Positions 1 to 9,456 of a stretch of 64,000 bases of DNA are shown in pieces (position 1 is the first letter of the stretch; every line of letters starts with the position of its first letter). Under the pieces are notes generated by a model. It did no database searches. It had not been told where the DNA came from and worked only from the letters and a program-made list of their open reading frames with translations. The translations under genes and the position numbers were made by a program. This DNA comes from Christensenella sp. UBA7571 (GTDB taxonomy: Bacteria > Bacillota > Clostridia > Christensenellales > CAG-917), in assembly GCA_002476605.1 (NCBI GenBank), contig DLLD01000005.1, positions 702 through 64,701 of the forward strand. The letters are read 5' to 3'.

Positions 1-2
1 TG

Positions 3-467
3 ATTACGAGCATAATAGGGTGCGCGTCGATATGTACTCGCTACCGAGACAGTATTCTCAACGTAAAAGACGTTGAATACTTGTTTTCGGCAAGACCTAA
101 TATAACTTCCGGCTTGGCAAAATACGTTGAGGTAGCGAAGAAAAGTTATAAGTATGCGTGCGTTGAAGACTGCGACAACGGCTTTTGGGTGGTCGCTCAA
201 ACGATAGACGATAGATGCTCGACTATGGAAAGTGCGACGAGGTATTATTTCAACTATTTTAATGCGGAGAGATTGAAAAGCGTGCTTCAAAGAATAACGA
301 ACGAGAATATAGAAACGGCGTTGGTGCAATTATTCTACAAGTTCACGAACGTCGAAACGTGGTTTGACGCGGAAGAGTTTGAAACGTTTTGCAAGCAAAA
401 CGGCGTAAAATATAGGAAAAGTATAGCGGTATTGTTTGAGGAAGCAGTGCTGGTCGTGACTGACTAA
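3..467 (+). CDS. hypothetical protein, 5' end outside window
   Basis: The frame is open from nt 3 to the stop at 465-467; the track ORF 81..467 is only the part after the first TTG. A bidirectional terminator hairpin follows. No family recognised. Confidence 0.4.
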   Translation: MTSIIGCASICTRYRDSILNVKDVEYLFSARPNITSGLAKYVEVAKKSYKYACVEDCDNGFWVVAQTIDDRCSTMESATRYYFNYFNAERLKSVLQRITNENIETALVQLFYKFTNVETWFDAEEFETFCKQNGVKYRKSIAVLFEEAVLVVTD

Positions 468-544
468 ACGACGCCGTGAGTGAACCGTAAACCGCGGGAA
501 TAAGAGGCAACGATTAGCGTTGTAATGAATTGTCGCTAAAACCG

Positions 545-581
545 AAAAAAGAACGCCACTAATAATGGCGTTCTTTTTTTT
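545..581. terminator. bidirectional rho-independent terminator between convergent genes
   Basis: AAAAAAGAACGCC (545-557) pairs with GGCGTTCTTTTTT (567-579), with A-run and T-run flanks. Confidence 0.8.
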
Positions 582-592
582 AAGTGTTCGTT

Positions 593-1705
593 TTAGTCAA
601 CGATTTTGTTTTGCACGTACAAAGTGATTGAATGATTGTTTGCAATCATCGTGAGCATCGAGTCTTTCAATTGGTCGTAGCCCGTTTGAGTAGAACCCGT
701 TCCAATAGTGTCGAGAAGGTTATAACAAGTGGTTTTGCCACCGTCGCCGACAATCCAAAACGCGACGTAATATCTGTGATTGGGCACGTATTCGATATTA
801 AGAGTGACTTTCCCGTCATCGTCGATTTGCACGTCGAGGAAGTTTTGATACTCTTGATTGTCGCTGCCGGATACGTAGTCAAAGTCGGTGAAATAGACGT
901 TGAATTTGCCTTTTTGCAAATTGCTCGGGAGAGCGGATACGTCAAAGACCACGGTTTCCGACCATTTTTCCGTCACGATGGTTTCTTTGACTTCAAGCGG
1001 AACGACGAGGCTTGCCTTTTGAGAGGATACGTTGCCGTTTTTAAGGTCGATGAGAAGGAAGGTTTTGCCCGTGCTGATTTTGTCCGTATCGACGGTGACT
1101 GTGAGCGCGTTGATAACGTTGTCGTATCTGCCCGTTTGCACGCTTGCGGAAATCGCACCGGTTTCGGTAAGTTCGGTATAAGAGTTTTTGACACTTGAAC
1201 CCATGATTACCGCTTGGTTGGTGGATTTTATGCTCCAATCAAGTATCGTCATATAACTTCCGTTGAGCGATATCGTGAGGTCGACTTCGCCGTTGCCTTT
1301 TGCAAGGGAAGTGGGATTAATAAGCAAGTACGTTGCAAAACCGTTGCCGTCGGTGAGGCGTTTTTGATAGTCTTTCAACACGGCAGTTACGACGACGTCG
1401 TCGTTGCCCATAAGGAAGTCGTAAGTCGTTTCCGAACGCTTGTAGGCCTCTTGACCGTTGAAAAGCACGCTTTCAACGTATTTGTTGGTGTTTTTGAGGT
1501 TGATCGTAACGGTTACAGTCTCGGCAAATTCCGCTTGCGCCTTATCGACGGTGAGAGTGCAGTCCTCGGTGGGTTGCACCGTAACGCTATGTTTTGCGGG
1601 GGTTGGTTGCGAATCGTCACCGTCATCGCACGCCGTAAGCGCAAATATTCCGCATACGATCACGAACGTAAGGCAAAGTGTAATTATAATTCTCTTGGTT
1701 TTCAT
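593..1705 (-). CDS. lipoprotein of unknown function
   Basis: The N-terminus MKTKRIIITLCLTFVIVCGIFALTAC is a signal peptide plus lipobox (LTAC). The remainder is beta-rich and Ig-like; no family recognised. Confidence 0.7.
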   Translation of the reverse strand: MKTKRIIITLCLTFVIVCGIFALTACDDGDDSQPTPAKHSVTVQPTEDCTLTVDKAQAEFAETVTVTINLKNTNKYVESVLFNGQEAYKRSETTYDFLMGNDDVVVTAVLKDYQKRLTDGNGFATYLLINPTSLAKGNGEVDLTISLNGSYMTILDWSIKSTNQAVIMGSSVKNSYTELTETGAISASVQTGRYDNVINALTVTVDTDKISTGKTFLLIDLKNGNVSSQKASLVVPLEVKETIVTEKWSETVVFDVSALPSNLQKGKFNVYFTDFDYVSGSDNQEYQNFLDVQIDDDGKVTLNIEYVPNHRYYVAFWIVGDGGKTTCYNLLDTIGTGSTQTGYDQLKDSMLTMIANNHSITLYVQNKIVD

Positions 1706-1736
1706 AGTGTTTTCCTCTTGCTATATATTAGCAAAA

Positions 1737-3122
1737 TCAATACTTGAATTGCTCGGTGAAGTATTCAACGAGGCTATCGATGGGGATACGGACTTGTGCC
1801 ATCGTATCACGCTCACGCACGGTTACGCAACTGTCTTCGAGAGTGTCGAAGTCAACGGTGACGCAGTAGGGCGTGCCGATTTCATCTTGACGACGATATC
1901 TCTTGCCGATTGACGCGGACGTGTCGAAATCGCAAGCAAAGTGCTTGGAAAGCTCGATATAAAGCTCTTCCGCCTTGTCGTTGAGTTGTTTTTGCAAGGG
2001 GAGAACTGCAACCTTGACGGGCGCGATTTGGTGATGCAAGTGAAGCACCACACGAGTGTCGTTTTCACCCACTTGTTCTTCGTCGTAAGCGTCTGCGAGG
2101 AACGCGAGGAATACGCGGTCTGCGCCGAGGGACGGCTCGATGACGTAAGGCACGTATTTTTCGTTGGTGACGGGATCGATATAGCTCAAATCCTTACCGC
2201 TCGTCTTGATGTGTTGATTGAGGTCGTAATCGGTGCGGTCTGCAACGCCCCAAAGTTCGCCCCAACCGAAGGGGAATTTATACTCGAAATCCGTCGTGGC
2301 CTTGGAGTAGAAGCAAAGCTCTTCTTTGTCGTGGTCGCGAAGTTTGAGATTTTCGTCTTTCATACCGAGGTCGAGCAACCATTTGTGGCAGAAGTCCTTC
2401 CAGTATGCAAACCATTCGAGGTCAGTGCCGGGTTTGCAGAAGAATTCGAGCTCCATTTGTTCAAACTCGCGGATACGGAAAATGAAGTTGCCGGGAGTGA
2501 TCTCGTTGCGGAAGCTCTTGCCGATTTGTCCGATGCCGAAAGGCACTTTTTTACGAGTGGTGCGTTGCACGTTCTTGAAGTTTACGAATATACCTTGTGC
2601 TGTTTCGGGGCGCAAATATACGGTGGAGGTGCTATCCTCGGTTACGCCGATAAACGTCTTGAACATAAGGTTGAATTTTCTCACGCCCGTAAAATCGCTG
2701 TTACCGCATACGGGGCAAGGAATTTTATGCTCTGCGATGTATTGTTCCATTTGTTCGTTGGTCCAGCCCGCGATGCTCTCTTCGATGCCGTGTTTTGCCA
2801 TATAATCTTCAATGAGATCGTCTGCGCGGTGACGAGATTTGCACGCTTTGCAGTCCATAAGAGGATCGGAGAAACCGCCGATATGTCCGCTTGCTTGCCA
2901 AGTGGTGGGGTTCATAATGATTGCGCTGTCGAGACCTACGTTGTAGGGGCTTTCGACGACGAATTTTTTCCACCAAGCTTGCTTGATGTTGTTTTTCATT
3001 GCAACACCGAGAGGGCCGTAGTCCCACGAGTTTGAAAGACCGCCGTAGATTTCACTGCCGGGATATACGAAACCGCGGTTTTTCGCAAGGGCGACGAGTT
3101 TGTCCATTGTAACGTTTGCCAT
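1737..3122 (-). CDS. glyQS: glycine--tRNA ligase (alpha2 GlyQS type)
   Basis: Product [39 protein letters not shown]... is a typical class II GlyRS. I start it at ATG 3122 (GGAAGGAG RBS just upstream) rather than at the track ORF start 3215. Confidence 0.93.
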   Translation of the reverse strand: MANVTMDKLVALAKNRGFVYPGSEIYGGLSNSWDYGPLGVAMKNNIKQAWWKKFVVESPYNVGLDSAIIMNPTTWQASGHIGGFSDPLMDCKACKSRHRADDLIEDYMAKHGIEESIAGWTNEQMEQYIAEHKIPCPVCGNSDFTGVRKFNLMFKTFIGVTEDSTSTVYLRPETAQGIFVNFKNVQRTTRKKVPFGIGQIGKSFRNEITPGNFIFRIREFEQMELEFFCKPGTDLEWFAYWKDFCHKWLLDLGMKDENLKLRDHDKEELCFYSKATTDFEYKFPFGWGELWGVADRTDYDLNQHIKTSGKDLSYIDPVTNEKYVPYVIEPSLGADRVFLAFLADAYDEEQVGENDTRVVLHLHHQIAPVKVAVLPLQKQLNDKAEELYIELSKHFACDFDTSASIGKRYRRQDEIGTPYCVTVDFDTLEDSCVTVRERDTMAQVRIPIDSLVEYFTEQFKY

Positions 3123-3186
3123 AATAAAAACTCCTTCCGCACTCATCCGGATGATGAGCCGATGTTTATTGTTTATTCGTTTATAA

Positions 3187-3215
3187 ATAATAAAATAAAG
3201 CAAATCAAAAGTCAA
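3187..3215 (-). promoter_or_regulatory. sigmaA-type promoter for glyQS
   Basis: On the minus strand: TTGACT (3215-3210), 17 nt spacer, TATTAT (3192-3187). Confidence 0.55.
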
Positions 3216-3253
3216 ATAAAATGCAACAGTCGCCTCGATTGAGGCGACTGTTG
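3211..3253 (-). terminator. terminator of the small Cys-rich peptide gene
   Basis: 13-bp stem CAACAGTCGCCTC/GAGGCGACTGTTG (3224-3253), followed on the minus strand by CATTTTATTT. Confidence 0.75.
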
Positions 3254-3265
3254 CGTCCGATTGGT

Positions 3266-3457
3266 TTACTTACAAGAACATCCACCGCCGCAAAGGCAGG
3301 AGAGAATGAGAATGAGCCATACGATGTCGCAAGAATTGCAACCGCCAAAGCTCGTTCCACCGCCGCAACCGCAACAATTGAGCAACATAATGAGCAACAC
3401 TATGTCACAAGTATTGCAACCGCAACCGTTTGCACCGTTTGAAAAGAATCCGTTCAT
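3266..3457 (-). CDS. 63-aa Cys/Gly-rich hydrophobic peptide (YjcZ-like sporulation peptide?)
   Basis: AAGGAGGT RBS lies 7 nt upstream of the ATG and the gene has its own terminator. There are 12 Cys and an internal duplication GCN(T/S)CDIV.LI..L. The overlapping + strand ORFs 3221..3442 and 3261..3482 lack an RBS. Confidence 0.6.
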   Translation of the reverse strand: MNGFFSNGANGCGCNTCDIVLLIMLLNCCGCGGGTSFGGCNSCDIVWLILILSCLCGGGCSCK

Positions 3458-3583
3458 TTTATGTACCTCCTTGTTTGATTAGGATTGCTCCTACATTACC
3501 TTACGCAACCTTCAAAAATTGTGTTACTCCGTCATTTAACTTGCGCAAGGCAAATATACTTTGACGTGGGGTATTTGAAACGT

Positions 3584-4030
3584 ATGATCGGAATAGTCGT
3601 CGGTATATTCGCGATACTCGTGGTGTCGGGATTGTGTTCCTTATGTTTCAAAACGGACTTAAAGTGGTATATTGCGCTTGAAAAACCCTCGTTTGTGGTG
3701 AGTGGCGGTTGGTTTACGGTTTTGGTGTCAACGGCGTACGTGTCTTGCGTGCTTGCGATATCGCGCCTCGTGGAGTACAAACATTTTTTTCCTTCAACGA
3801 TATTTTTCTTGATTTTGGGAATATTCGCGGTGCTATTCGTCTTTGCGTTCTTCACGTTGAAAAATCTTTGGTTTGCGCTCGTATGTATGACGGTGGTGCT
3901 TGCCTTTTCCTACGTACTATTTATACGCTTTTTGACCAAAGAGGTGAAAATCGCAATAGAATTCTTGCCCGCGTTCCTATTCAACTTTTACGCATTTCTC
4001 TGCACGCTCTGCATTGCGATGAACAATTGA
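3584..4030 (+). CDS. TspO/MBR-family-like integral membrane protein
   Basis: 148 aa from ATG 3584, about 5 TM segments. The motif LKWYIALEKPSFVVSGGWF resembles the TspO WY..L.KP.F.P signature. Family assignment is tentative. Confidence 0.5.
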   Translation: MIGIVVGIFAILVVSGLCSLCFKTDLKWYIALEKPSFVVSGGWFTVLVSTAYVSCVLAISRLVEYKHFFPSTIFFLILGIFAVLFVFAFFTLKNLWFALVCMTVVLAFSYVLFIRFLTKEVKIAIEFLPAFLFNFYAFLCTLCIAMNN

Positions 4031-4041
4031 AAAAAATATAA

Positions 4042-4230
4042 AAATGTAAAATCAATACTTTTTGGGGTTGGTCGTTCTTGCCAAAAGATAATCTATACTT
4101 AGGAGAAGAATATTCATCGACCACAAAAAGAGTAGTCGTTACTTTTGACGGTACAAAAGCGGAATGGGAAAGTCTTGCAAAATATATTAACAGCTCGTCC
4201 AAAGTAACTTGCATTGATGGAATTTATTAA
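4042..4230 (+). pseudogene. orphan C-terminal fragment resembling the tail of LRR/BspA-type surface proteins
   Basis: Open frame without a start codon: ...INTFWGWSFLPKDNLYLGEEYSSTTKRVVVTFDGTKAEWESLAKYINSSSKVTCIDGIY*. It is followed by terminator 4273-4299. Confidence 0.3.
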
Positions 4231-4272
4231 CGTTCTGTTTCCAATAACACCTAATAGAATTAAGCAAAAATT

Positions 4273-4299
4273 GACGGTAGCGGTGCTATCGTCTTTTTT
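4273..4299 (+). terminator. rho-independent terminator
   Basis: GACGGTAG/CTATCGTC stem (one G-U pair) followed by T6. Confidence 0.6.
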
Positions 4300-4303
4300 A
4301 TGG

Positions 4304-4332
4304 TTGATAATATCCGAATAGTTTGCTATACT
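4304..4332 (+). promoter_or_regulatory. sigmaA-type promoter for coaX operon
   Basis: TTGATA (4304-4309), 17 nt spacer, TATACT (4327-4332). Confidence 0.6.
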
Positions 4333-4388
4333 ATTGTCAATTTACTGAACGATTGCGCACGATATACTCTGCGCATTAGAGGTACGAG

Positions 4389-5165
4389 ATGATACTCACG
4401 ATGGATATTGGCAACACCAACGTAAAATACGGCGTTTTTGACAAGGACGACCTCATTGCGTCTTGGCGTGTTTCGACCAAAGCGTCGCGCACGGCGGACG
4501 AATACGGTATGGTGCTGTACGATTTGCTCAAACAAAGAGGCGTAAACTTTGCGGATATAGACGACGCGGTTATGTCCTCTGTTGCGCCCGCGCTCAATTA
4601 TACCATAGAGCATATGTGCAACTACTATATTGGCAAAAAGCCTTTGATCGTTTCGGGCACTACGGATACGGGGCTCAAAATCAAGTACGATCACCCCTCG
4701 CAACTCGGCACGGACAGACTCGTCGGCGCGGCGGCGGCGTACAAGTTTTACGGCGGACCGGTTATCGTGGTGGATTTCGGCTCGGCAACGACGTTCAACC
4801 TCGTCACCAAAGACGGAGAGTATATAGGCGGTGCGATTGCACCCGGTATCAAGACGGCAACAGAATCACTCGTTACGACGGCGGCAAAACTTCCGAGAAT
4901 AGAGCTTGAAAAACCGCAAAACATCGTCGGTACGGATACCAAGAGTTGTATGCAAAGCGGTATCGTATACGGGTATACGGGGCTCGTCAAATATATGGTT
5001 GCCAAGTACAAGGAATTGCCCGAGATGCAAGGCGCAAAGGTGGTTGCGACGGGCGGTCTTAGCGAACTCGTCGAGAAGGTCGAACCCGATCTCATCGATA
5101 TAAGCGATCGCGCGCTTGCGCTCAAAGGTCTCAAATATATCTACGACAGAAATCAAAGCAAATAA
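4389..5165 (+). CDS. coaX: type III pantothenate kinase
   Basis: MILTMDIGNTNVKYGVF... with the ASKHA fold motifs of CoaX. Confidence 0.9.
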   Translation: MILTMDIGNTNVKYGVFDKDDLIASWRVSTKASRTADEYGMVLYDLLKQRGVNFADIDDAVMSSVAPALNYTIEHMCNYYIGKKPLIVSGTTDTGLKIKYDHPSQLGTDRLVGAAAAYKFYGGPVIVVDFGSATTFNLVTKDGEYIGGAIAPGIKTATESLVTTAAKLPRIELEKPQNIVGTDTKSCMQSGIVYGYTGLVKYMVAKYKELPEMQGAKVVATGGLSELVEKVEPDLIDISDRALALKGLKYIYDRNQSK

Positions 5166-5208
5166 GCGTAGGGATAAGGGAAAACGATCAATTTGACAGA
5201 GTATAGAT

Positions 5209-5718
5209 ATGGTACTGTTTTTTGCGAGAGGGGAACTCAATAGCGACGATTTCGTCAAGTTTTGCTACGGACATTATAGAGATATAATGTCGCAATACGG
5301 AGCGGATTTGCCAAAGTCGCTTGAAATAATCAGAGAAGAAGGGCAAAAACCGCGCTTTGACAGCGAAGAAGTGTTTTTCAATCTTTCGCACTCTCACGGC
5401 GTGATTATGCTTGGAATATCACACACCCCGATTGGCGTGGATATAGAAAAAATCCGCGATATAGACTACAAAAAGTTTACGTTCATAGACGCCGAGGATC
5501 TCGAAGATTTCTTTGAAAAATGGACGGAAAGAGAGAGTTATCTCAAATGGACGGGTGAGGGATTGTCCGCTTTTAGACGCGAGATTCCCAAAGACGCGCA
5601 TTTCGAGCATTTTCCCGTCTACGACGACTATCACGCTTGCGTCTGCGCGGACGAGCAAAGCATTATAGCGTACGAGATAGATCCAAACGCAGTAAAAGAG
5701 GAATTTTGCTCTTGTTAA
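5209..5718 (+). CDS. 4'-phosphopantetheinyl transferase (Sfp type)
   Basis: FNLSHSHG...IGVDIE...W(T)ERESYLKWTGEG motifs typical of Sfp-type PPTases. Confidence 0.75.
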   Translation: MVLFFARGELNSDDFVKFCYGHYRDIMSQYGADLPKSLEIIREEGQKPRFDSEEVFFNLSHSHGVIMLGISHTPIGVDIEKIRDIDYKKFTFIDAEDLEDFFEKWTERESYLKWTGEGLSAFRREIPKDAHFEHFPVYDDYHACVCADEQSIIAYEIDPNAVKEEFCSC

Positions 5719-5768
5719 AAGCATATTCTCGTGATATAATTACAACATCAACAAGGTAGGTAACGACA

Positions 5769-5999
5769 ATGATTTTTGAAACCGTCAGAGACATAATAGC
5801 AGCACAATTGGGTATGGACGCAAGCAAAATCACGCCCGAAAGCGACCTTATCAACGATTTGGGACTCGACAGCCTCGATATCGTGGATCTCGGAATGACG
5901 CTTGAAGAAAAGTGGAATCTCATCATCGAAGACGACGATATGGGCAAAATCAAAACCGTCGCGGACGTTGTGAAATACATAGAAAACAACGCAAAATAA
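5769..5999 (+). CDS. acyl carrier protein
   Basis: 76 aa with an [11 protein letters not shown] phosphopantetheine attachment motif. Confidence 0.85.
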   Translation: MIFETVRDIIAAQLGMDASKITPESDLINDLGLDSLDIVDLGMTLEEKWNLIIEDDDMGKIKTVADVVKYIENNAK

Positions 6000-6072
6000 T
6001 TGCAGTTCGGCTTAGTAACGCTTTTATAGTTCGTGCATAAAGTCTTTATGCCGTTTTCGTTTGGAGGATCGT

Positions 6073-6351
6073 ATGGATGAGGAGAAAACCGCTTGCACGG
6101 AAAGTGTTGGCGATAGACTGAAATTGATTATGAAAATGAGAAGAGTTTCTCCTTCTCGTATAGCAAAAAAGTCGGGCATTGACGAGGATAGATTAAATAG
6201 TATTCTCAACGATGGCGTCGAGCCTACGGAAGAGGAAATGACGAAGATTGCTTTCGTTATCGTCAATCCGTTAAATCCGAAAAAAGTAGAAAAGACGTGG
6301 AATAAGTATTCACCGCATATCGACCAATCGACGGACGAAGCCGAAAAATAG
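6073..6351 (+). CDS. XRE-like helix-turn-helix protein
   Basis: GGAGGA RBS lies before ATG 6073. The segment LKLIMKMRRVSPSRIAKKSGIDEDRLNSIL looks like an HTH. Confidence 0.5.
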   Translation: MDEEKTACTESVGDRLKLIMKMRRVSPSRIAKKSGIDEDRLNSILNDGVEPTEEEMTKIAFVIVNPLNPKKVEKTWNKYSPHIDQSTDEAEK

Positions 6352-6363
6352 TAAATATTCAAA

Positions 6364-6395
6364 TAAAAAAAGCGCACGGGTTGCGCTTTTTTGTT
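6364..6395. terminator. bidirectional terminator
   Basis: AAAAAAAGCGCA-CGGGT-TGCGCTTTTTT between convergent genes. Confidence 0.7.
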
Positions 6396-6420
6396 TTCAA
6401 TAGAATTCTTTATATTCCGA

Positions 6421-6888
6421 TTATAGATTTACGATTTTGGCGGTAATTTTTCCGTCGGTGAGGACTACGTAGGCGTACGAGGGCGTACCCGAGAGCGGAG
6501 AGAGCAAAGAGCCGGGGCAGATAAACGTTATGCCGTCGCTTTGCGTGATATCGGCAAAGTGGGTGTGTCCGTAAAAGACGAGATTGCAACCGAGTTCTTG
6601 CGCGCGGAATTTGAGTGAAGTCAAATCGCGTTTGACGTGATATTTATCTCCGTGCGTGAGCAAAATCTTTAAGTCGCCGATTTGCACGATCTCTTCGTCG
6701 TTGAAACCGTACGGATCGCAATTGCCTTTGACTGCGTGAAGATTTTTGTGGAACAACAAATCACCGAGCGAGGTAATGCCGTCACCCAAAAAGAAGACGT
6801 AATCGTTTTCTTGCGCCACGCTCAAAAGACGAGGCGGAAGCGGTAAATTGTGGCTGTCGCTGAGGGCGACTATCGTGGTCATTTTCAT
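6421..6888 (-). CDS. YfcE/MJ0936-family metallophosphoesterase
   Basis: SDSH, GD, GNCD, HGD and GHTH motifs. Paired with rdgB, as B. subtilis ysnA-ysnB are. Confidence 0.8.
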   Translation of the reverse strand: MKMTTIVALSDSHNLPLPPRLLSVAQENDYVFFLGDGITSLGDLLFHKNLHAVKGNCDPYGFNDEEIVQIGDLKILLTHGDKYHVKRDLTSLKFRAQELGCNLVFYGHTHFADITQSDGITFICPGSLLSPLSGTPSYAYVVLTDGKITAKIVNL

Positions 6889-7469
6889 TGTTCGTTCTGC
6901 AATTTTTCAAGCATAGCGCGCAAGGCTCTGCCTCTGTGACTGACTGAATTTTTCTCTTCTTGCGACGCCTCTGCAAACGTCTTTTTGAGCTCGTACGAAT
7001 AGAAAAGCGAGTCGTAACCAAAGCCTTCGTTTCCGCGCTCTTCGCGCAAAATCTCACCGTCAACGCGTCCTTTTGACGTGATAAAGTCCCCGTTTGGATA
7101 AACGATTGCAATTACGGTGGCAAAATGCGCGTTGCGATTTTGCTCGTTTTGAAGGTTTTTGAGAAGCAACGCACGGTTGCCCGCGTCGTTGTGTTCTTCA
7201 CCCGCGTAGCGTGCCGAATATACGCCCGGTGCGCCGTTTAGTGCGTCAACCATAAGCCCCGTATCGTCGGCAAGCGTGGGTATGTGGCAAATCTCTTGAA
7301 CGGTGCGTGCTTTGAGCAGTGCGTTCTCTTCGAGTGTCGTGCCCGTTTCCTCCACGTCGACGTCTATGCCGAGGTCTTTGAGAGAGAGAAGTTCGTCAAA
7401 TTGCCCGTTGAGTATGGCGCGGATTTCTTGCAGTTTGTGTGCGTTGTTGGTTGCGATGGCGAGTTTCAT
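6885..7469 (-). CDS. rdgB: non-canonical purine NTP pyrophosphatase (RdgB/HAM1)
   Basis: MKLAIATNNAHKLQEIRAIL... is the family signature. The gene overlaps the downstream gene by 4 nt. Confidence 0.88.
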   Translation of the reverse strand: MKLAIATNNAHKLQEIRAILNGQFDELLSLKDLGIDVDVEETGTTLEENALLKARTVQEICHIPTLADDTGLMVDALNGAPGVYSARYAGEEHNDAGNRALLLKNLQNEQNRNAHFATVIAIVYPNGDFITSKGRVDGEILREERGNEGFGYDSLFYSYELKKTFAEASQEEKNSVSHRGRALRAMLEKLQNEQ

Positions 7470-7479
7470 TTTTCACCTC

Positions 7480-9183
7480 TTATTGCTTATCTTCGTTCCA
7501 TTGTTTTATACATTTTGCGATATTGATAAAGTGGTCTGCGATACGTTCGGAGTCGGACGCAAGCGACAAGTATTGTGCGCCGACGTCGGGCGTGCAATCA
7601 CCGTTTCTCAAACGCGTGATGTGATTTTCGCACATCTCGTCGGTGATATCGTCGACTTGTTCTTCGATTGCGTTGGCGTCGCTCAGACTTCCGAGGTCGG
7701 CATTGACGTACGCTTTCATAGTCTTTTGGAACAAGTTTTCTATATGCTCTTGCAAATTGCGTATTTCACCGACGGCTTTGTCGGAGAATTTTTGGTCTAT
7801 GTCGCGGAGCTTGTCGGCGTATTCCACGATGTTTTCGGCGTAATCACCGATACGCTCGATATCCGATACCGTATGGAACGTCGTTGCAAGATAGTTGTGG
7901 TCGGCGTCGTTCATTTCGCATTTTGAAAGCTTGACGACGAAGCGGGAGATTTCTTTGTTGAGGAAGTTGAGCTCGTCCTCGTTTTTGCGGAATTTGTCCA
8001 CGTTTGAATAATCCAAAGTGCAAACGATATCGCAAGCAATCTGATAGTTGTGCAACGCGATTTCCGCCATATTGACGATTTCGTTCTTGGTTTGAAGCAC
8101 GGCAATCGGCGGAGTGGATATCAAGTGCTCGTCAAGATAATAGAGCTTTTCTTCCGGCTCTTGTACCGACGCCTTTTTGTCGGGAATAATCTTGGTGACG
8201 AGCTTGACTAAAAGATTGGTAAACGGCAACACCAGCGCAACCGTGATGACGTTGAAGAACGTATGGAACATTGCAAGTTGCGTTTGAGGAGCGTTTGGAA
8301 ACATCTTCTCGAACAAATAACCGAACGTTATTACGTGCGACGGATTGACGCTCTTGCTTATCTCTCGCATCATCATTGCGACGAGCATAAAGATTATCAC
8401 GCCCGTAACGTTGAAAAGTAAGTGGATAAGAGCGGTGCGCTTTGCGTTTGTGCCAGAGGTGATACCCGCGATAATTGCGACCACGCACGATCCGATGTTT
8501 GAGCCCATCGTGAGATAAATGCCTTGGTCGAGGGTTATAAGCCCCGTAAACACCATTGTGATTGCAACGGACGTCATAACCGACGAGCTCTGAATGATTG
8601 CGGTGAACACCGCACCGATGAGCACGAGCAAAATCGGATTTTTGATGAGAGCAAGGAAGTTTTTGACGGATTCGAGTTCCGCAAACACTTTCATCGACGC
8701 GCTCATCATATCGAGACCGACGAACAACATACCGAAGCCCGCCAAAATACCGCCGATCTTTTTTACTACGTCCTTTTTTGCAAACGCCATTATAAACGCG
8801 CCTATTCCGGCAAAAGTTGCAAATATCACGCCCGTTGATATGGTGTCTTCAAACATACCGAGTGCGGTGATCTGTCCCGTTATCGTCGTACCTATGTTTG
8901 CGCCGTAAATGACGGTTGCCGCTTGCATAAGCGTCATAATGCCCGCGTTGACGAAGCCTATGACCATAACCGACGTTGCGCCCGAGCTTTGTATAGCGGC
9001 GGTTGCGACCGTGCCTATGCCGACGCCCATAAGTTTGCTCTTCGAGGTCTTGGCAAAAAGTTTTTTGAGTTTGTTTGACGAAACGGATTCAAGGTTTGAG
9101 CTCATCATCGTACAAGCAATAAGGAAAACGCCTATACCTGCGATGAGAGATAAAACTGCGGTTGCTATTTGAACGGGTGTCAT
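7480..9183 (-). CDS. Na/Pi cotransporter family protein with PhoU-like C-terminal domain
   Basis: N-terminal multi-TM NptA-like half plus a C-terminal helical PhoU-like repeat region. Confidence 0.85.
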   Translation of the reverse strand: MTPVQIATAVLSLIAGIGVFLIACTMMSSNLESVSSNKLKKLFAKTSKSKLMGVGIGTVATAAIQSSGATSVMVIGFVNAGIMTLMQAATVIYGANIGTTITGQITALGMFEDTISTGVIFATFAGIGAFIMAFAKKDVVKKIGGILAGFGMLFVGLDMMSASMKVFAELESVKNFLALIKNPILLVLIGAVFTAIIQSSSVMTSVAITMVFTGLITLDQGIYLTMGSNIGSCVVAIIAGITSGTNAKRTALIHLLFNVTGVIIFMLVAMMMREISKSVNPSHVITFGYLFEKMFPNAPQTQLAMFHTFFNVITVALVLPFTNLLVKLVTKIIPDKKASVQEPEEKLYYLDEHLISTPPIAVLQTKNEIVNMAEIALHNYQIACDIVCTLDYSNVDKFRKNEDELNFLNKEISRFVVKLSKCEMNDADHNYLATTFHTVSDIERIGDYAENIVEYADKLRDIDQKFSDKAVGEIRNLQEHIENLFQKTMKAYVNADLGSLSDANAIEEQVDDITDEMCENHITRLRNGDCTPDVGAQYLSLASDSERIADHFINIAKCIKQWNEDKQ

Positions 9184-9272
9184 AAAATAAAGTTTTGCAC
9201 TTCTCGTGCCGTTGGGTTGCCCCTGCGAGCGCGCTCGCGTTTATAAAGTTCGTTACCCCTTATAACGATTTT

Positions 9273-9300
9273 ATTATAAAGAAAAACGCGGTCTTTGTAA
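9273..9300 (-). promoter_or_regulatory. candidate sigmaA promoter for the Na/Pi transporter gene
   Basis: On the minus strand: TTACAA (9300-9295), 16 nt spacer, TATAAT (9278-9273). Confidence 0.45.
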
Positions 9301-9456
9301 AACGATTTGCGAAAGTCAGCTCGAATTTATATGGAGAGTGCGGTAACGCTCGTCTTTTTGGAGCAAAGGCTTTATAAAACGGCGTGAAATAAGTGTTGCG
9401 TTTTCAAGGGTAAAGATAATCCGAAAATCCGTCAAAATAGCAAAAATCGACAAATA

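Noticed and set aside
3123-3220. T-box leader expected upstream of glyQS.
   Set aside because: Only about 65 nt lie between the predicted -10 and the ATG. That is far too short for a T-box, and no specifier or T-box sequence is visible.
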